Shown piece by piece: positions 19,574 through 29,133 of a DNA stretch of 31,948 nt (positions within the stretch are counted from its first letter, which is position 1; every line of letters begins with the position of its first letter). Source of the stretch: Candidatus Babelota bacterium (GTDB lineage: Bacteria > Babelota > Babeliae > Babelales > Babelaceae); contig JACDHA010000016.1 in the NCBI GenBank assembly GCA_013821315.1, positions 1 to 31,948 on the forward strand, written 5' to 3'. The position numbers and the translations under genes were made by a program. The notes under the pieces are model-generated. The model saw only the letters and a program-made list of their open reading frames with translations, did not search any database and had not been told where the DNA came from.

Positions 19574-20149
19574 ATGAGCAAAGTCGTTCAAAACGCAGGC
19601 ACTAAATCACGCCTTCACGAAACATACACTGCGACTTTGCGTCCACAATTACAACAAGCACTTGGTCTTTCTAATATTATGGAAGTGCCAAAGCTTAGAA
19701 AAATAGTAATTAACGTGGGCGTTAAAGAAGCTGTTGCTGATAGCCGAGTATTAAATACTGTAACTGCTATGCTTGATAATATTGCTGGTCAAAAGTCAGT
19801 AAAAACTCTAGCACGTAAATCTATTGCAGGATTTAAAATACGTGAAGGTATGCCAATCGGCGCTATGGTAACATTACGTGGTAAGCGTATGTATGACTTT
19901 TTGGATAAACTAATTAATTTAGCACTTCCAAAAGTACGTGATTTCCAAGGCTTGCCAATAAAATTGGATGGTCGTGGAAGTTATAACCTTGGTATCAAAG
20001 ACTGGAGTATTTTTCCAGAGGCTGATACTAACGCTGAAAAAACATTTGGTTTAAATGTCACGATACAGACAACGGTAATTAATGATACTCATGCTTTTGA
20101 GCTTCTTAAAAGTTTTGGTATGCCGTTCCGTAAAGCAGTCGTAAGGTAA
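19574..20149 (+). CDS. rplE: 50S ribosomal protein L5.
   Basis: PKLRKIVINVGVKEAVADSRVL...FKIREGMPIGAMVTLRGKRMYDFLDKLINLALPKVRDFQGL. Confidence 0.95.
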   Translation: MSKVVQNAGTKSRLHETYTATLRPQLQQALGLSNIMEVPKLRKIVINVGVKEAVADSRVLNTVTAMLDNIAGQKSVKTLARKSIAGFKIREGMPIGAMVTLRGKRMYDFLDKLINLALPKVRDFQGLPIKLDGRGSYNLGIKDWSIFPEADTNAEKTFGLNVTIQTTVINDTHAFELLKSFGMPFRKAVVR

Positions 20150-20152
20150 AAA

Positions 20153-20338
20153 ATGGCAAGAAAAGCGTTAATTGAAAAAGCAAACAAAACTCCTAAGTTT
20201 GCAGTAAGGCATCGTAACAGATGTAAATTATGCGGACGACCACGTGGATTTATCGGAATATTCCAAATGTGTCGACTCTGCTTTAGAGAACTTGCATCCC
20301 GTGGGGCATTGCCAGGCGTAAAAAAAACAAGTTGGTAA
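20153..20338 (+). CDS. rpsZ: 30S ribosomal protein S14, type Z (zinc-binding, 61 aa).
   Basis: [48 protein letters not shown], with a CxxC...CxxC motif. Confidence 0.93.
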   Translation: MARKALIEKANKTPKFAVRHRNRCKLCGRPRGFIGIFQMCRLCFRELASRGALPGVKKTSW

Positions 20339-20353
20339 TTTCAAAGGATCTTA

Positions 20354-20749
20354 ATGTCAGTTGATACAATAGGTGATTTCCTAACGATAATACGTAATGG
20401 CGTATTAGCGTCAAAAAGAGAAGTGGTTGCACCCTACTCAAACTTAAAGTATGAAATAGCTCAAATTCTCAAAGCTGAGGGTTTTGTTCGTGATGCTTTA
20501 GTACAAGAAGGTGACGATAGCCACAAACAGATTAAACTATCACTTAAATATGTTGATGGTGAATCTGCTATTCATGAAATTAAACGTATAAGTACTCCTG
20601 GACGTCGAAATTATAAAGGCGTCGCCAGTGTTAATCCGGTAATTGGTGGTCTTGGTATTACCATATTAACTACCAATCGTGGAGTAATAACAAATAAAAA
20701 GGCTCGCCAACTTTCAGTAGGTGGTGAAGTTCTTTGTACGGTCTGGTAA
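20354..20749 (+). CDS. rpsH: 30S ribosomal protein S8.
   Basis: DTIGDFLTIIRNG...ISTPGRRNYKGVASV...GGEVLCTVW. Confidence 0.95.
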   Translation: MSVDTIGDFLTIIRNGVLASKREVVAPYSNLKYEIAQILKAEGFVRDALVQEGDDSHKQIKLSLKYVDGESAIHEIKRISTPGRRNYKGVASVNPVIGGLGITILTTNRGVITNKKARQLSVGGEVLCTVW

Positions 20750-20758
20750 GGTACTGCT

Positions 20759-21295
20759 ATGTCAAAAATCGGTAGAAAACCTATAGATATAGGTGGCGCA
20801 CAGATAGAAGTTAAAGGTAATGAAGTTCATTACAAAGGCAAAAAAGCGTCCGGTGTTTATGTAATACCCTCTCTTTTAGCTATAGAACTAAATGGTAAAG
20901 AACTTAGTTTAGTGCCTCAGCAACAAACAAGCGATACTAATAGAGTATGGGGTTTGCATCGTGCATTACTGGCTAATAAAATTACCGGTGCTGATGTAGG
21001 CTTTGAAAAACAAGTACGTATAGTGGGGCTTGGTTATAAAGCATTACTTACGGGAACAAACATACAATTTGCTCTTGGTTTCAGTCATAAAATCGATTTT
21101 CCTTTACCACAAAATATTACCGTGGAAATCGATAAAAGCGGCCAATTGATGACATTTAGATCTTCTGATAAAGATCTTTTAGGTCAAGTATGTAGTGATG
21201 TTCGCTCGTTACGTCCACCAGAACCGTATAAAGGTACTGGTATTCAATACGTTGGTGAAGTAATTAGACGTAAAGCTGGAAAAGCTAAATCATAA
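20759..21295 (+). CDS. rplF: 50S ribosomal protein L6.
   Basis: MSKIGRKPIDI...VKGNEVHYKGKK...EPYKGTGIQYVGEVIRRKAGK. Confidence 0.95.
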   Translation: MSKIGRKPIDIGGAQIEVKGNEVHYKGKKASGVYVIPSLLAIELNGKELSLVPQQQTSDTNRVWGLHRALLANKITGADVGFEKQVRIVGLGYKALLTGTNIQFALGFSHKIDFPLPQNITVEIDKSGQLMTFRSSDKDLLGQVCSDVRSLRPPEPYKGTGIQYVGEVIRRKAGKAKS

Positions 21296-21313
21296 TAGAT
21301 GTGGAGCTAACAC

Positions 21314-21667
21314 GTGTCTGTAGAAAAAAATATAGCTGCACGTACACAAAGAAGAGCACAACGTGTACGTCAACGCTTGAAAAATGGGGAATCTCCTCGT
21401 GTTTCAGTGTTTAGAAGCTTAACTAATATTTATGCTCAAATTATTGATGATAAACAACACAAAACCCTTGTAAGCTGTTCATCGTTAGAACTTAAAGATC
21501 TAACAGGTGATAAGCAAGCAGTAGCGCGTGCAGTTGGTTTAGAACTTGCACAGCGTGCTTTAAAAAATGGTGTAACAACCGTTGTGTTTGACCGTGGTCC
21601 CTTTTTATACCATGGCAGAGTAAAAGCGCTTGCTGAAGGTTTGCGTGAAGGTGGATTACACATATAA
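21314..21667 (+). CDS. rplR: 50S ribosomal protein L18 (GTG start).
   Basis: [18 protein letters not shown]...[25 protein letters not shown]. Confidence 0.93.
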   Translation: MSVEKNIAARTQRRAQRVRQRLKNGESPRVSVFRSLTNIYAQIIDDKQHKTLVSCSSLELKDLTGDKQAVARAVGLELAQRALKNGVTTVVFDRGPFLYHGRVKALAEGLREGGLHI

Positions 21668-21687
21668 TGTTGTCGTAGGAACATAGA

Positions 21688-22203
21688 ATGGCAGAAACAA
21701 AAGAATTCGTAGATAAAGTAGTAAGCGTAAATCGCGTTACTAAAGTTACTAAAGGTGGAAAAAGATTTTCTTTTTCAGCTTTTGTAGTTTCAGGTGATCA
21801 GCATGGGCGCGTAGGTATCGGACTTGGAAAAAGTCGTGAAGTATCGACCGCAATTGCTAAAGCTACTGCTTTAGCTCGTAAAAAAATGATTACTATAGCA
21901 TTACGTGGTACAACTATACCTTATAACGTTGCTGGTAAACACGGATCTACACGAGTAGTTATCAACTCAGCCTACAAGGGCACAGGGTTAATAGCTGGTG
22001 GTGCAATGCGTGCATTACTTGAAGCAGTTGGTGTAAAAGATGTTCTTGCTAAATGCATAGGCACATCACGTTGTGGTCAAAACGTAGTAAAAGCAACGCT
22101 TAATGCTCTGTCTAAGTGCAGATCAGCAGAACGCATTGCTCAGCTTCGTGGTAAAACAATTGAGCAAGTAGTGAAAGGTGATGATTATGTCAATGCTGAG
22201 TAA
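21688..22203 (+). CDS. rpsE: 30S ribosomal protein S5.
   Basis: [39 protein letters not shown]. Confidence 0.95.
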   Translation: MAETKEFVDKVVSVNRVTKVTKGGKRFSFSAFVVSGDQHGRVGIGLGKSREVSTAIAKATALARKKMITIALRGTTIPYNVAGKHGSTRVVINSAYKGTGLIAGGAMRALLEAVGVKDVLAKCIGTSRCGQNVVKATLNALSKCRSAERIAQLRGKTIEQVVKGDDYVNAE

Positions 22204-22633
22204 CTTAGTCTCAATAGTTAAAAAACGTAAAACGATAGGTCGCGGCGGTAGTCGTGGTGGCACTTCAGGTAAAGGTAATAAAGGTCAAAAAGCTCGCTCA
22301 GGCGCGCATATTGGCGTACTTTTTGAAGGTGGCCAAATGCCACTAACTAGAAGATTACCAAAACGTGGATTTACAAATGCTCCATTTAAAATAACTTATG
22401 AAATTGTCAATCTTGTACAATTAAATACTATATTTGATAATGGTGCAATTGTTACCAAAGAAGCTCTTATTGAAAAAGGTGTTATAAAAGCTGGTAAAAA
22501 AGCTTTAGTTAAGGTACTTGGTAATGGTGCTCTTGACAAGAATCTTATTGTGCATGCTCATGCTTTCAGCAAAACTGCAGCACAAACAATATCAGATAAA
22601 GGCGGAGAAGTTCACGTAATAAAGGAGAAGTAA
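22187..22633 (+). CDS. rplO: 50S ribosomal protein L15. The start is ambiguous: candidates are the GTG at 22178 and the ATGs at 22181, 22187 and 22193. 22187 has the best-spaced AAGGTG upstream.
   Basis: [26 protein letters not shown] glycine-rich N-terminus. Overlaps the rpsE 3' end, so there is no room for rpmD. Confidence 0.9.
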   Translation: MSMLSNLVSIVKKRKTIGRGGSRGGTSGKGNKGQKARSGAHIGVLFEGGQMPLTRRLPKRGFTNAPFKITYEIVNLVQLNTIFDNGAIVTKEALIEKGVIKAGKKALVKVLGNGALDKNLIVHAHAFSKTAAQTISDKGGEVHVIKEK

Positions 22634-22636
22634 GTT

Positions 22637-23959
22637 GTGGTTTTGCTCAAAAATTTCGGAAATATATTTAAAATTCCGGAGCTCACTCGTAAGCTGTTGT
22701 TCTCTCTCGGTGTCTTAGTAGTATCCAGAATTGGGACGTTTATACCGGCGATCGGTATCAACGTTCCACTTTTAGCCGAGCATATGAAAAGTGCTAAAAT
22801 ATTTAGCGGATTATTGAGTTATTTTGATACCTTCTCTGGTGGTGCATTACAGCAATGTACTATTTTTGCTCTTGGTATTAGCCCCTATATTACTGCTTCT
22901 ATCATGATGCAAATGCTTAGTATGACGGTTCCGTCTCTTGAGCTTCTCATGAAAGAAGGAGATTATGGGCGCAAAGTTATAAATCAATACACGCGATATT
23001 TAGCCTTACTGTTAAGTATTGGTTATGGTGTGGCTTATGCCTTGTATTTAAATAACGTTAATGCTACCACTACTCCGGGGCTATTAGTATCTCCAGGACT
23101 AGGGTTTACTTTGCTTTTTACTTTGTCACTTACTGTAGGCTCAATGTTTACTATGTGGCTTAGTGAACAGATTTCTCTGTTTGGCATTGGTAACGGTAGC
23201 TCAATGATAATTTTTGCAGGTATTGTTGCTCGTTTTCCTGGATATTTTATAAAGATACTTACCCAGTTACCTACGTATAAAAGTCTTTTAGTGTTGCTCT
23301 TATTTTTAGTTATAGCAGCAAGCATTGTATTTTTAGAAAAGGGTGAACGTAAGATTCCTGTTCAATATGCTCGACGTATTATTGGTCAACGTGTCTATGG
23401 TGGTCAAAGCACTTATATACCGTTTAAGATCAATACAGCTGGAGTGATGCCTGTAATTTTTGCATCATCACTTTTAAATATTCCGCTTTTTTTAGTAGGT
23501 GTTTTAGTAGAGCGCTTTACCTGGCTTAAAGTTGTATCAAATGCATTAAATAGTGGATTATTATATAATGCACTTGAATTTGCTTTGATCATATTTTTTA
23601 CTTTTTTCTATACAGCAATCGCCTTTAATCCAACTGAATTAGCTGATAATATCAAAAAAAGTGGTGGTTTTATTCCTGGAATTAGACCGGGCAAACAAAC
23701 CGCAGATTTCTTTGACTTTATATTAACTCGTATAGGCTTAGTTGGCGCTGTTTATTTAGGCGTGCTAGCTATTGCTCCTAACGGTATAGAATATTGGTTA
23801 GGATTACGTGATATCGGTGTGGTGATTGGTGGTACTTCTCTATTAATTATGGTCGGCGTAGCATTAGAAACGTCAGCTCAGATAGAGTCTTATCTTATTG
23901 AACACCGTTATGAAGGTTTCTTGACATCAGGCAGAATGAAAAGTAAGGTTGCACGTTGA
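22637..23959 (+). CDS. secY: Preprotein translocase subunit SecY (GTG start).
   Basis: PELTRKLLFSLGVLVVSRIGTFIPAIGIN, 10 TM segments, GGTSLLIMVGVALET. Confidence 0.95.
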   Translation: MVLLKNFGNIFKIPELTRKLLFSLGVLVVSRIGTFIPAIGINVPLLAEHMKSAKIFSGLLSYFDTFSGGALQQCTIFALGISPYITASIMMQMLSMTVPSLELLMKEGDYGRKVINQYTRYLALLLSIGYGVAYALYLNNVNATTTPGLLVSPGLGFTLLFTLSLTVGSMFTMWLSEQISLFGIGNGSSMIIFAGIVARFPGYFIKILTQLPTYKSLLVLLLFLVIAASIVFLEKGERKIPVQYARRIIGQRVYGGQSTYIPFKINTAGVMPVIFASSLLNIPLFLVGVLVERFTWLKVVSNALNSGLLYNALEFALIIFFTFFYTAIAFNPTELADNIKKSGGFIPGIRPGKQTADFFDFILTRIGLVGAVYLGVLAIAPNGIEYWLGLRDIGVVIGGTSLLIMVGVALETSAQIESYLIEHRYEGFLTSGRMKSKVAR

Positions 23960-24654
23960 GCCAATTACATAAAGATATAGTAATTTTTCTTGGTCCACCT
24001 GGTTCTGGTAAAGGTTCATTGTCACAATTATGTGTTAGGCGACTAGGATGGATGCAGTTTTCTACAGGTAATCTCTGCAGAGAGCACATTGCTAATGCAA
24101 CAGATATAGGAAAACAAATAGATTTTGCTATAAAATGTGGTAAACTTATTTCTGATAGCCTTATAATTGAAATGGTAGAAGAATGGCTTCGGTTGCAGTT
24201 AATGCAACCGCGAGCAATAATTCTTGATGGTTTTCCACGTACAACAGTTCAAGCTACTGCTTTGCATAAGCTTTTGAAATCTGATGACTTTAAAGATGTA
24301 AATTTGCATGTAGTAAAAATGAGTGTTCCTGATGAGCGCATAATAAAGCGCTTATCAGCTCGGTTAATTTGTCGAAACAACAAATGCCAAGCGGTTTACT
24401 CATTGCATCCAGAAGCGTCTTTAAAGCCCAGACAAGAAATGGTATGCAATGAATGCGAAGATATTTTAGTACGTCGACCAGATGACGAAGAAAATGCTAT
24501 AAAAGAACGTCTGCTTATTTATCATAAGCATGAGTTGGATCTTATTAATTTTTATACAAGTGTTGATCAACCTATTACGTTACTAAATGTAGAGCGATCA
24601 CTTGAAGATGTGTACGCTCAACTTATTAATTGTGTAGGTGTTGAATTTTCATGA
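23956..24654 (+). CDS. adk: Adenylate kinase with a zinc-binding LID. TTG start overlaps the secY stop in TTGA.
   Basis: IVIFLGPPGSGKGS P-loop; LID with CRNNKC...CNEC. Confidence 0.9.
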   Translation: MSQLHKDIVIFLGPPGSGKGSLSQLCVRRLGWMQFSTGNLCREHIANATDIGKQIDFAIKCGKLISDSLIIEMVEEWLRLQLMQPRAIILDGFPRTTVQATALHKLLKSDDFKDVNLHVVKMSVPDERIIKRLSARLICRNNKCQAVYSLHPEASLKPRQEMVCNECEDILVRRPDDEENAIKERLLIYHKHELDLINFYTSVDQPITLLNVERSLEDVYAQLINCVGVEFS

Positions 24655-25400
24655 TTACTATTAAAGATAATCAAGCTATTGAAAAGATGGCTACAGCAGG
24701 TAGACTGCTCGGCCAAATGCTTGAAAATATAAAAGAATTATTAGTACCTGATATATCTACTCTTGAGCTTGATACCTGGATAGCAAGTTATTTAAAACAA
24801 CATAATTTAGTGTCAAGTACTAAAGGATATATGGGGTATAAACACTCTAGTTGTATATCAGTAAACGATGAAGTAGTACACGGTGTACCTCAAGCAGCTA
24901 CGAAGTTAAAGCAAGGTGACCTTGTTAAAATTGATGTATGCGCTGCTTTTAGTGGTTATTGTGCAGATATGGCTCGTTGCTTTTTTATAGGCAGTGCATC
25001 TGTTGAAGCACAAAACTTTGTTGCTACAGCTTATAGTGCTCTTGATAAAGGCATTGAAAAAGCTGTAGTAGGTGGTCGCTTAACTGATATATCAGCTGCT
25101 ATCCAAGCAGAGGTTGAGTACTATAATTATGGCATAGTAAGAGAGTTTGCTGGTCATGGTATTGGCAAAAAGATGCATGAGGATCCTGAAATATTAAATT
25201 ATGGAAAACCTGGGTGTGGACCTGTACTTAAAGCAGGAATGGCTTTTGCTATTGAGCCTATGATTACTATGGGTAATCACCGTATTAATATATTGCGCGA
25301 CGGGTGGACGGTTAAAACTGTCGATAAAAGCTTGGCTGCTCATGTAGAAGATACGGTTATTATAACTCAGCAGGGTCCAAGAATCATAACAAGATTATAA
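24651..25400 (+). CDS. map: Methionine aminopeptidase type I.
   Basis: DVCAAFSGYCADMAR, GHGIGKKMHEDPEILNYG, FAIEPMI, HVEDTV metal ligands. Overlaps the adk stop in ATGA. Confidence 0.93.
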   Translation: MITIKDNQAIEKMATAGRLLGQMLENIKELLVPDISTLELDTWIASYLKQHNLVSSTKGYMGYKHSSCISVNDEVVHGVPQAATKLKQGDLVKIDVCAAFSGYCADMARCFFIGSASVEAQNFVATAYSALDKGIEKAVVGGRLTDISAAIQAEVEYYNYGIVREFAGHGIGKKMHEDPEILNYGKPGCGPVLKAGMAFAIEPMITMGNHRINILRDGWTVKTVDKSLAAHVEDTVIITQQGPRIITRL

Positions 25401-25420
25401 GGCTATAAGGTAAAGATCGT

Positions 25421-25651
25421 ATGAGTACGAATCCAAAAGATGATGTAATAAGAGTTGATGGTATTGTTAAAGAAACACTACCCAATGCTATGTTTCGAGT
25501 TGAAATTGAAGGTGGTCACGTTGTTCTTGGACACGTTTCAGGTAAAATGCGCATGAACTACATTCGAATTTTACCAGGAGACAAAGTCGCTCTTGAACTT
25601 TCCCCTTACGATTTAACCCGTGGCCGTATTGTATTACGGTATAAGAGCTAG
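25421..25651 (+). CDS. infA: Translation initiation factor IF-1.
   Basis: [60 protein letters not shown]. Confidence 0.95.
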   Translation: MSTNPKDDVIRVDGIVKETLPNAMFRVEIEGGHVVLGHVSGKMRMNYIRILPGDKVALELSPYDLTRGRIVLRYKS

Positions 25652-25682
25652 CATGAAAAGCTAACACATAAGGTACAGCACA

Positions 25683-25799
25683 ATGAAAGTAAGAACATCA
25701 GTAAAAAGAATATGCCGCGATTGCCGTGTGATTAATCGCGAAGGCATTGTACGTGTAATTTGTAAAAAAAATCCTCGACACAAGCAACGTCAAGGTTAA
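25683..25799 (+). CDS. rpmJ: 50S ribosomal protein L36 (38 aa, zinc-ribbon type). Not in the supplied ORF track because it is under 60 aa.
   Basis: Translating from the ATG at 25683 gives [38 protein letters not shown], the canonical L36 with a C-x2-C...C-x4-H motif. Confidence 0.9.
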   Translation: MKVRTSVKRICRDCRVINREGIVRVICKKNPRHKQRQG

Positions 25800-25812
25800 T
25801 TAAGAGGGCGCT

Positions 25813-26202
25813 ATGGCTAGAATAGAAGGTGTTAATCTTCCTCGTGAAAAACGCATTGAATATGCATTGCCGTATGTTTTTGGTATTGGATTAAAAACGG
25901 CACGCGACATTTTAAATAAATTAGAAATCAATCTTGATACACGTGTTAAAAGTCTTTCTGATGAAGAAGTAGCTTCAATACAAAAAGAGATCTCTTCAGG
26001 ATATGTTACTGAAGGTGACTTGCGTAAAGAAATCAGACTTAACATTAAACGTCTTCAAGACATTGGATCATATCGTGGTTCACGACATAAAAAGTCATTA
26101 CCAACACGTGGTCAAAGAACAAAAACCAATGCTCGTACACGTAAGGGACCACGTAAAGCAGGTTCAGCGGTAGCATTAAAACGTAAAGTAACTAAAAAAT
26201 AA
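25813..26202 (+). CDS. rpsM: 30S ribosomal protein S13.
   Basis: [26 protein letters not shown]...[31 protein letters not shown]. Confidence 0.95.
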   Translation: MARIEGVNLPREKRIEYALPYVFGIGLKTARDILNKLEINLDTRVKSLSDEEVASIQKEISSGYVTEGDLRKEIRLNIKRLQDIGSYRGSRHKKSLPTRGQRTKTNARTRKGPRKAGSAVALKRKVTKK

Positions 26203-26236
26203 TAGTATAATTTTATAGTACGTAGCGAAGGATAGA

Positions 26237-26620
26237 ATGACCTACAAGAAAAAAACTAAAAAAGTAAAAAGACACGTTGATTCAGCCGTAGCTCATGTTA
26301 AATCAACGTTTAACAATACGCTTGTATCTATTACAACACCTGAAGGTGATGTATTGTTACGTGGTAGCTCCGGCAGATTAGGCTTTAAGGGCGCTCGTAA
26401 GGGCACTCCTTTTGCTGCAGCTCAAATTGCTACCACATTAGCAAAAGATATGGTAGCTCTAGGGATTAGAACCTTAGAAGTTAACCTACAGGGCCCAGGA
26501 GCTGGACGCGATTCAATAGTTCGCACATTCCAGTCTTCTGGAATCAATGTTTCGGTGTTGCGTGACGTAACTCCGTTACCACACAATGGATGCCGAGCTC
26601 CTAAAAAGCGTCGCGTATAA
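26237..26620 (+). CDS. rpsK: 30S ribosomal protein S11.
   Basis: AHVKSTFNNTLVSITTPEGDVL...LQGPGAGRDSIVRTFQSSGINVSVLRDVTPLPHNGCRAPKKRRV. Confidence 0.95.
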   Translation: MTYKKKTKKVKRHVDSAVAHVKSTFNNTLVSITTPEGDVLLRGSSGRLGFKGARKGTPFAAAQIATTLAKDMVALGIRTLEVNLQGPGAGRDSIVRTFQSSGINVSVLRDVTPLPHNGCRAPKKRRV

Positions 26621-26656
26621 TTAGTAAGTTTGTATAGTTAAGAAAGATAGAGCCAC

Positions 26657-27223
26657 ATGGAAAGAAGATCCAACGTAAATGCAGATCGTTCTCAACAGGA
26701 GCAGCAACAACGCAGCTCAAAACGTCCACGTAAAACGTCAGAGTATGGACGTCAGTTAGAAGAAAAACAAAAAGTAAAAGAAATGTATGGCATGCGTGAA
26801 AGCCAATTTAAACGTTTCTTTGCAATAGCTACTCGTAGTCAAGTTGCAACTGGTGAAAGCCTTTTAAGCTTGCTTGAGCGTCGTCTTGATAATGTTGTGT
26901 TTCGTATGAAGCTTGCTTCAACGCGTGCACAAGCACGCCAAATTATTGTTCATGGCCATGTTTTGGTTCAAGGCAAAAAAGTGTATTCACCGTCTTATTT
27001 AGTAGTTGTTAACGAAGAAATATCACTTGCTCCTAACGTAGCTGAAAAAGCGGGTTTTCTTGAGCAAGTTATTGATAAGCGTTTAAGCTCTAACGTAAAA
27101 GTTCCTGATTGGATGGAACTTGATAAAAAAGGACGTAAAGGTCGTATTTTGCGTTTACCAGTACGCTCTGACGTTCAAACTCCTATTGAAGAGCATTTGA
27201 TCGTAGAGTTGTATTCGAAGTAA
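26657..27223 (+). CDS. rpsD: 30S ribosomal protein S4, lacking the N-terminal Cys cluster.
   Basis: LLSLLERRLDNVVFRM...TRAQARQIIVHGHVLVQGKKV...EHLIVELYSK. Confidence 0.9.
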   Translation: MERRSNVNADRSQQEQQQRSSKRPRKTSEYGRQLEEKQKVKEMYGMRESQFKRFFAIATRSQVATGESLLSLLERRLDNVVFRMKLASTRAQARQIIVHGHVLVQGKKVYSPSYLVVVNEEISLAPNVAEKAGFLEQVIDKRLSSNVKVPDWMELDKKGRKGRILRLPVRSDVQTPIEEHLIVELYSK

Positions 27224-27306
27224 TTTGATGGCGCCATTTTACTTATACTTAATTAGTTATAAAGGAAATGGCGATACGTGTTAATGGTTAAGGTTCAGGA
27301 GATTTA

Positions 27307-28380
27307 ATGTCTAAAAAGAAGTATCAACCCTTAACAATTCCACGGCTTAGTTGGAAGAGAGAAACGTTGAGTAACACTTTTGGTGAACTCGTCGCCCAAC
27401 CGCTTGAGCCGGGATTTGGAATTACTTTAGGGAACGCTTTAAGGCGTATATTATTAGGGGGCGTAGAAGGTTCTGCGGTAACAGCGGTTATTATCCAAAA
27501 TGTTAATAACGAATTTTCTGCACTTGAAGGTATTGTTGAAGATACTATGCAAGTGGTGTTAAATATTAAAGGTTTGGTAGTTCGTAATAGTACGGGTGAA
27601 CCTGGTAAAATGACACTTAACGTTACTGGAGAAGCTGTTGCCAGTGCAGCAGATATCGTTACTGATGAGCATCTAGAAATAGTTAATAAAGATCATATTA
27701 TAGCTCATGTTGCTCAAGGTGGTACGCTTACTCTTGAATTTACTGTTGAATCAGGGCGTGGCTATCAAGCGGCACAGTGGCCGGTAGGCAAAGCACTACA
27801 AGAAGATAATACTATCTATGTAGATGCAATGTTCTCACCAATAAGAAATATAACATTTGATGTAGAAAAAACTCGTGTTGGTCGTGATATCGATTATGAT
27901 AAGCTTACTATAGCTGTTGAAACTGATGGATCAGAAACACCGGTTGATGTAATGCATTATGCAGTATCATTACTACGTACACAGCTTGAGCATTTCTTGT
28001 TAACGGTAGAAATTCCTTTCAATGAAATTTCTGCTGTACCTGAAGAAGAAAAGCGTGAGCAACAACCACAAGTAGAAGAGTCTCTGCTTAAAGGCATTCC
28101 AGTCGATCTTCTATTAAAGCCAATAGACGAACTAGAGCTTTCTGTAAGAGGCCATAATTGTTTGGTTAATGCGGGTATTAAAAGAGTGATTGATCTGGTA
28201 AATCTTACAGAAGATGAAGCTCTAAAAATTAAAAACTTTGGACGTAAATCCTTTAACGAAGTAGGCGAAAGCTTAAAGCCTTATGGCTTATCTTTTGGTA
28301 TGAACATAAAAGAATCTGACGTTAAAAAAGCACTTGAAAATAAAGATAAGGAAGCAGATCATGAATCATCAAAATGGTAG
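27307..28380 (+). CDS. rpoA: DNA-directed RNA polymerase alpha subunit, with an acidic C-terminal extension.
   Basis: NTFGELVAQPLEPGFGITLGNALRRILL NTD; alpha-CTD with ELELSVRGHNCLVNAGIKRVIDLV; 357 aa. Confidence 0.95.
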   Translation: MSKKKYQPLTIPRLSWKRETLSNTFGELVAQPLEPGFGITLGNALRRILLGGVEGSAVTAVIIQNVNNEFSALEGIVEDTMQVVLNIKGLVVRNSTGEPGKMTLNVTGEAVASAADIVTDEHLEIVNKDHIIAHVAQGGTLTLEFTVESGRGYQAAQWPVGKALQEDNTIYVDAMFSPIRNITFDVEKTRVGRDIDYDKLTIAVETDGSETPVDVMHYAVSLLRTQLEHFLLTVEIPFNEISAVPEEEKREQQPQVEESLLKGIPVDLLLKPIDELELSVRGHNCLVNAGIKRVIDLVNLTEDEALKIKNFGRKSFNEVGESLKPYGLSFGMNIKESDVKKALENKDKEADHESSKW

Positions 28381-28720
28381 AAAAAAACTAAATCTGCCTA
28401 CAGCGCATAGAATCGCCATGCTGCGTAATCAAACTATTATGCTTATTGAACATGGTCATGTGGTAACAACTAAAGCACGTGCTAAAGAATTACGTCGCTT
28501 TGCTGAAAAGTTAGTAACACTTGCGCGTGAAGGTAACAACTTTAATGCGCGTCGTCGTGCTAAAGCTATATTGCCTTATAAAGAAGAAGCTCTTGTTAAG
28601 CTTTTTACTGATATCGCTCCTCGCTATATTCATCGTCCAGGTGGATACACACGCATTATACCTTTAGGTAAACGTATAAGCGATACAGCTACTATAGCAA
28701 AAATTGAATGGGTATTATAA
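28361..28720 (+). CDS. rplQ: 50S ribosomal protein L17. The likely start is the ATG at 28361, overlapping the rpoA 3' end by 20 nt; the track ORF begins at an upstream in-frame ATG at 28334.
   Basis: MNHQNGRKKLNLPTAHRIAMLRNQ...HRPGGYTRII matches the L17 N-terminal and C-terminal signatures. AAGGAAG RBS lies 7 nt upstream of 28361. Confidence 0.9.
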   Translation: MNHQNGRKKLNLPTAHRIAMLRNQTIMLIEHGHVVTTKARAKELRRFAEKLVTLAREGNNFNARRRAKAILPYKEEALVKLFTDIAPRYIHRPGGYTRIIPLGKRISDTATIAKIEWVL

Positions 28721-28968
28721 GCAGTCCACTTGATCAAAATCAAGCACTTGTTGAACGTATCAAAGAGCAACTAACTACTATACGCCCTTTAGTAAACTTA
28801 CATGAGGGTGATATAGAGTTTGTCTCTTTTATTGACGGCGTAGTCTCCTTACGACTACATGGCGCTTGCGTCGGCTGTCCTCTTTCTTTCTATACGCTTA
28901 AGCTTGGCATAGAACAGCAACTTCAAGAATCTATTCCTGAAGTACGCGAAGTCGTTGCTGTAGATTAG
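28708..28968 (+). CDS. Nfu/NifU-C-terminal-like Fe-S cluster carrier domain protein (86 aa).
   Basis: IRPLVNLHEGDIEFVSFIDGVVSLRLHGACVGCPLSFYTLKLGIEQQLQESIPEV matches the NfuA C-terminal domain pattern (L..HGG.V.L..I..DG.V.L.L.G.C.GC......TLK.GIE..L....PE). The start overlaps the rplQ end by 13 nt. Confidence 0.7.
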   Translation: MGIISSPLDQNQALVERIKEQLTTIRPLVNLHEGDIEFVSFIDGVVSLRLHGACVGCPLSFYTLKLGIEQQLQESIPEVREVVAVD

Positions 28969-28983
28969 TAAAAATAGCTCCCA

Positions 28984-29019
28984 ATCAGTTGTTTCTGTTG
29001 GGAGTTTTTTTATGCCTTC
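28984..29019 (+). terminator. Rho-independent terminator closing the ribosomal super-operon.
   Basis: agcucccaa / uugggaguu 9-bp stem with one G-U pair and a 13-nt loop, followed by T7. Confidence 0.6.
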
Positions 29020-29133
29020 TCTTCTATTAATTCAAATTATAATTTTTCAACCGGTTGACAATGGCTGTGTATGCTGTACATTTGCTATTATAATTACAAC
29101 TATTATAGTTAAATAAATATACGGGGACACTTC

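Noticed and set aside
22178-22203. Possible hidden rpmD between rpsE and rplO.
   Set aside because: rpsE and rplO overlap directly, and no other frame has an ORF with an L30-like sequence, so L30 is genuinely absent from this position.
27224-27306. 83-nt gap between rpsD and rpoA containing the perfect 10-nt palindrome atggcgccat.
   Set aside because: The palindrome has no loop and no T-run, so it is not a terminator. A single short palindrome is weak evidence for a regulatory site. This is simply the largest gap in the operon.
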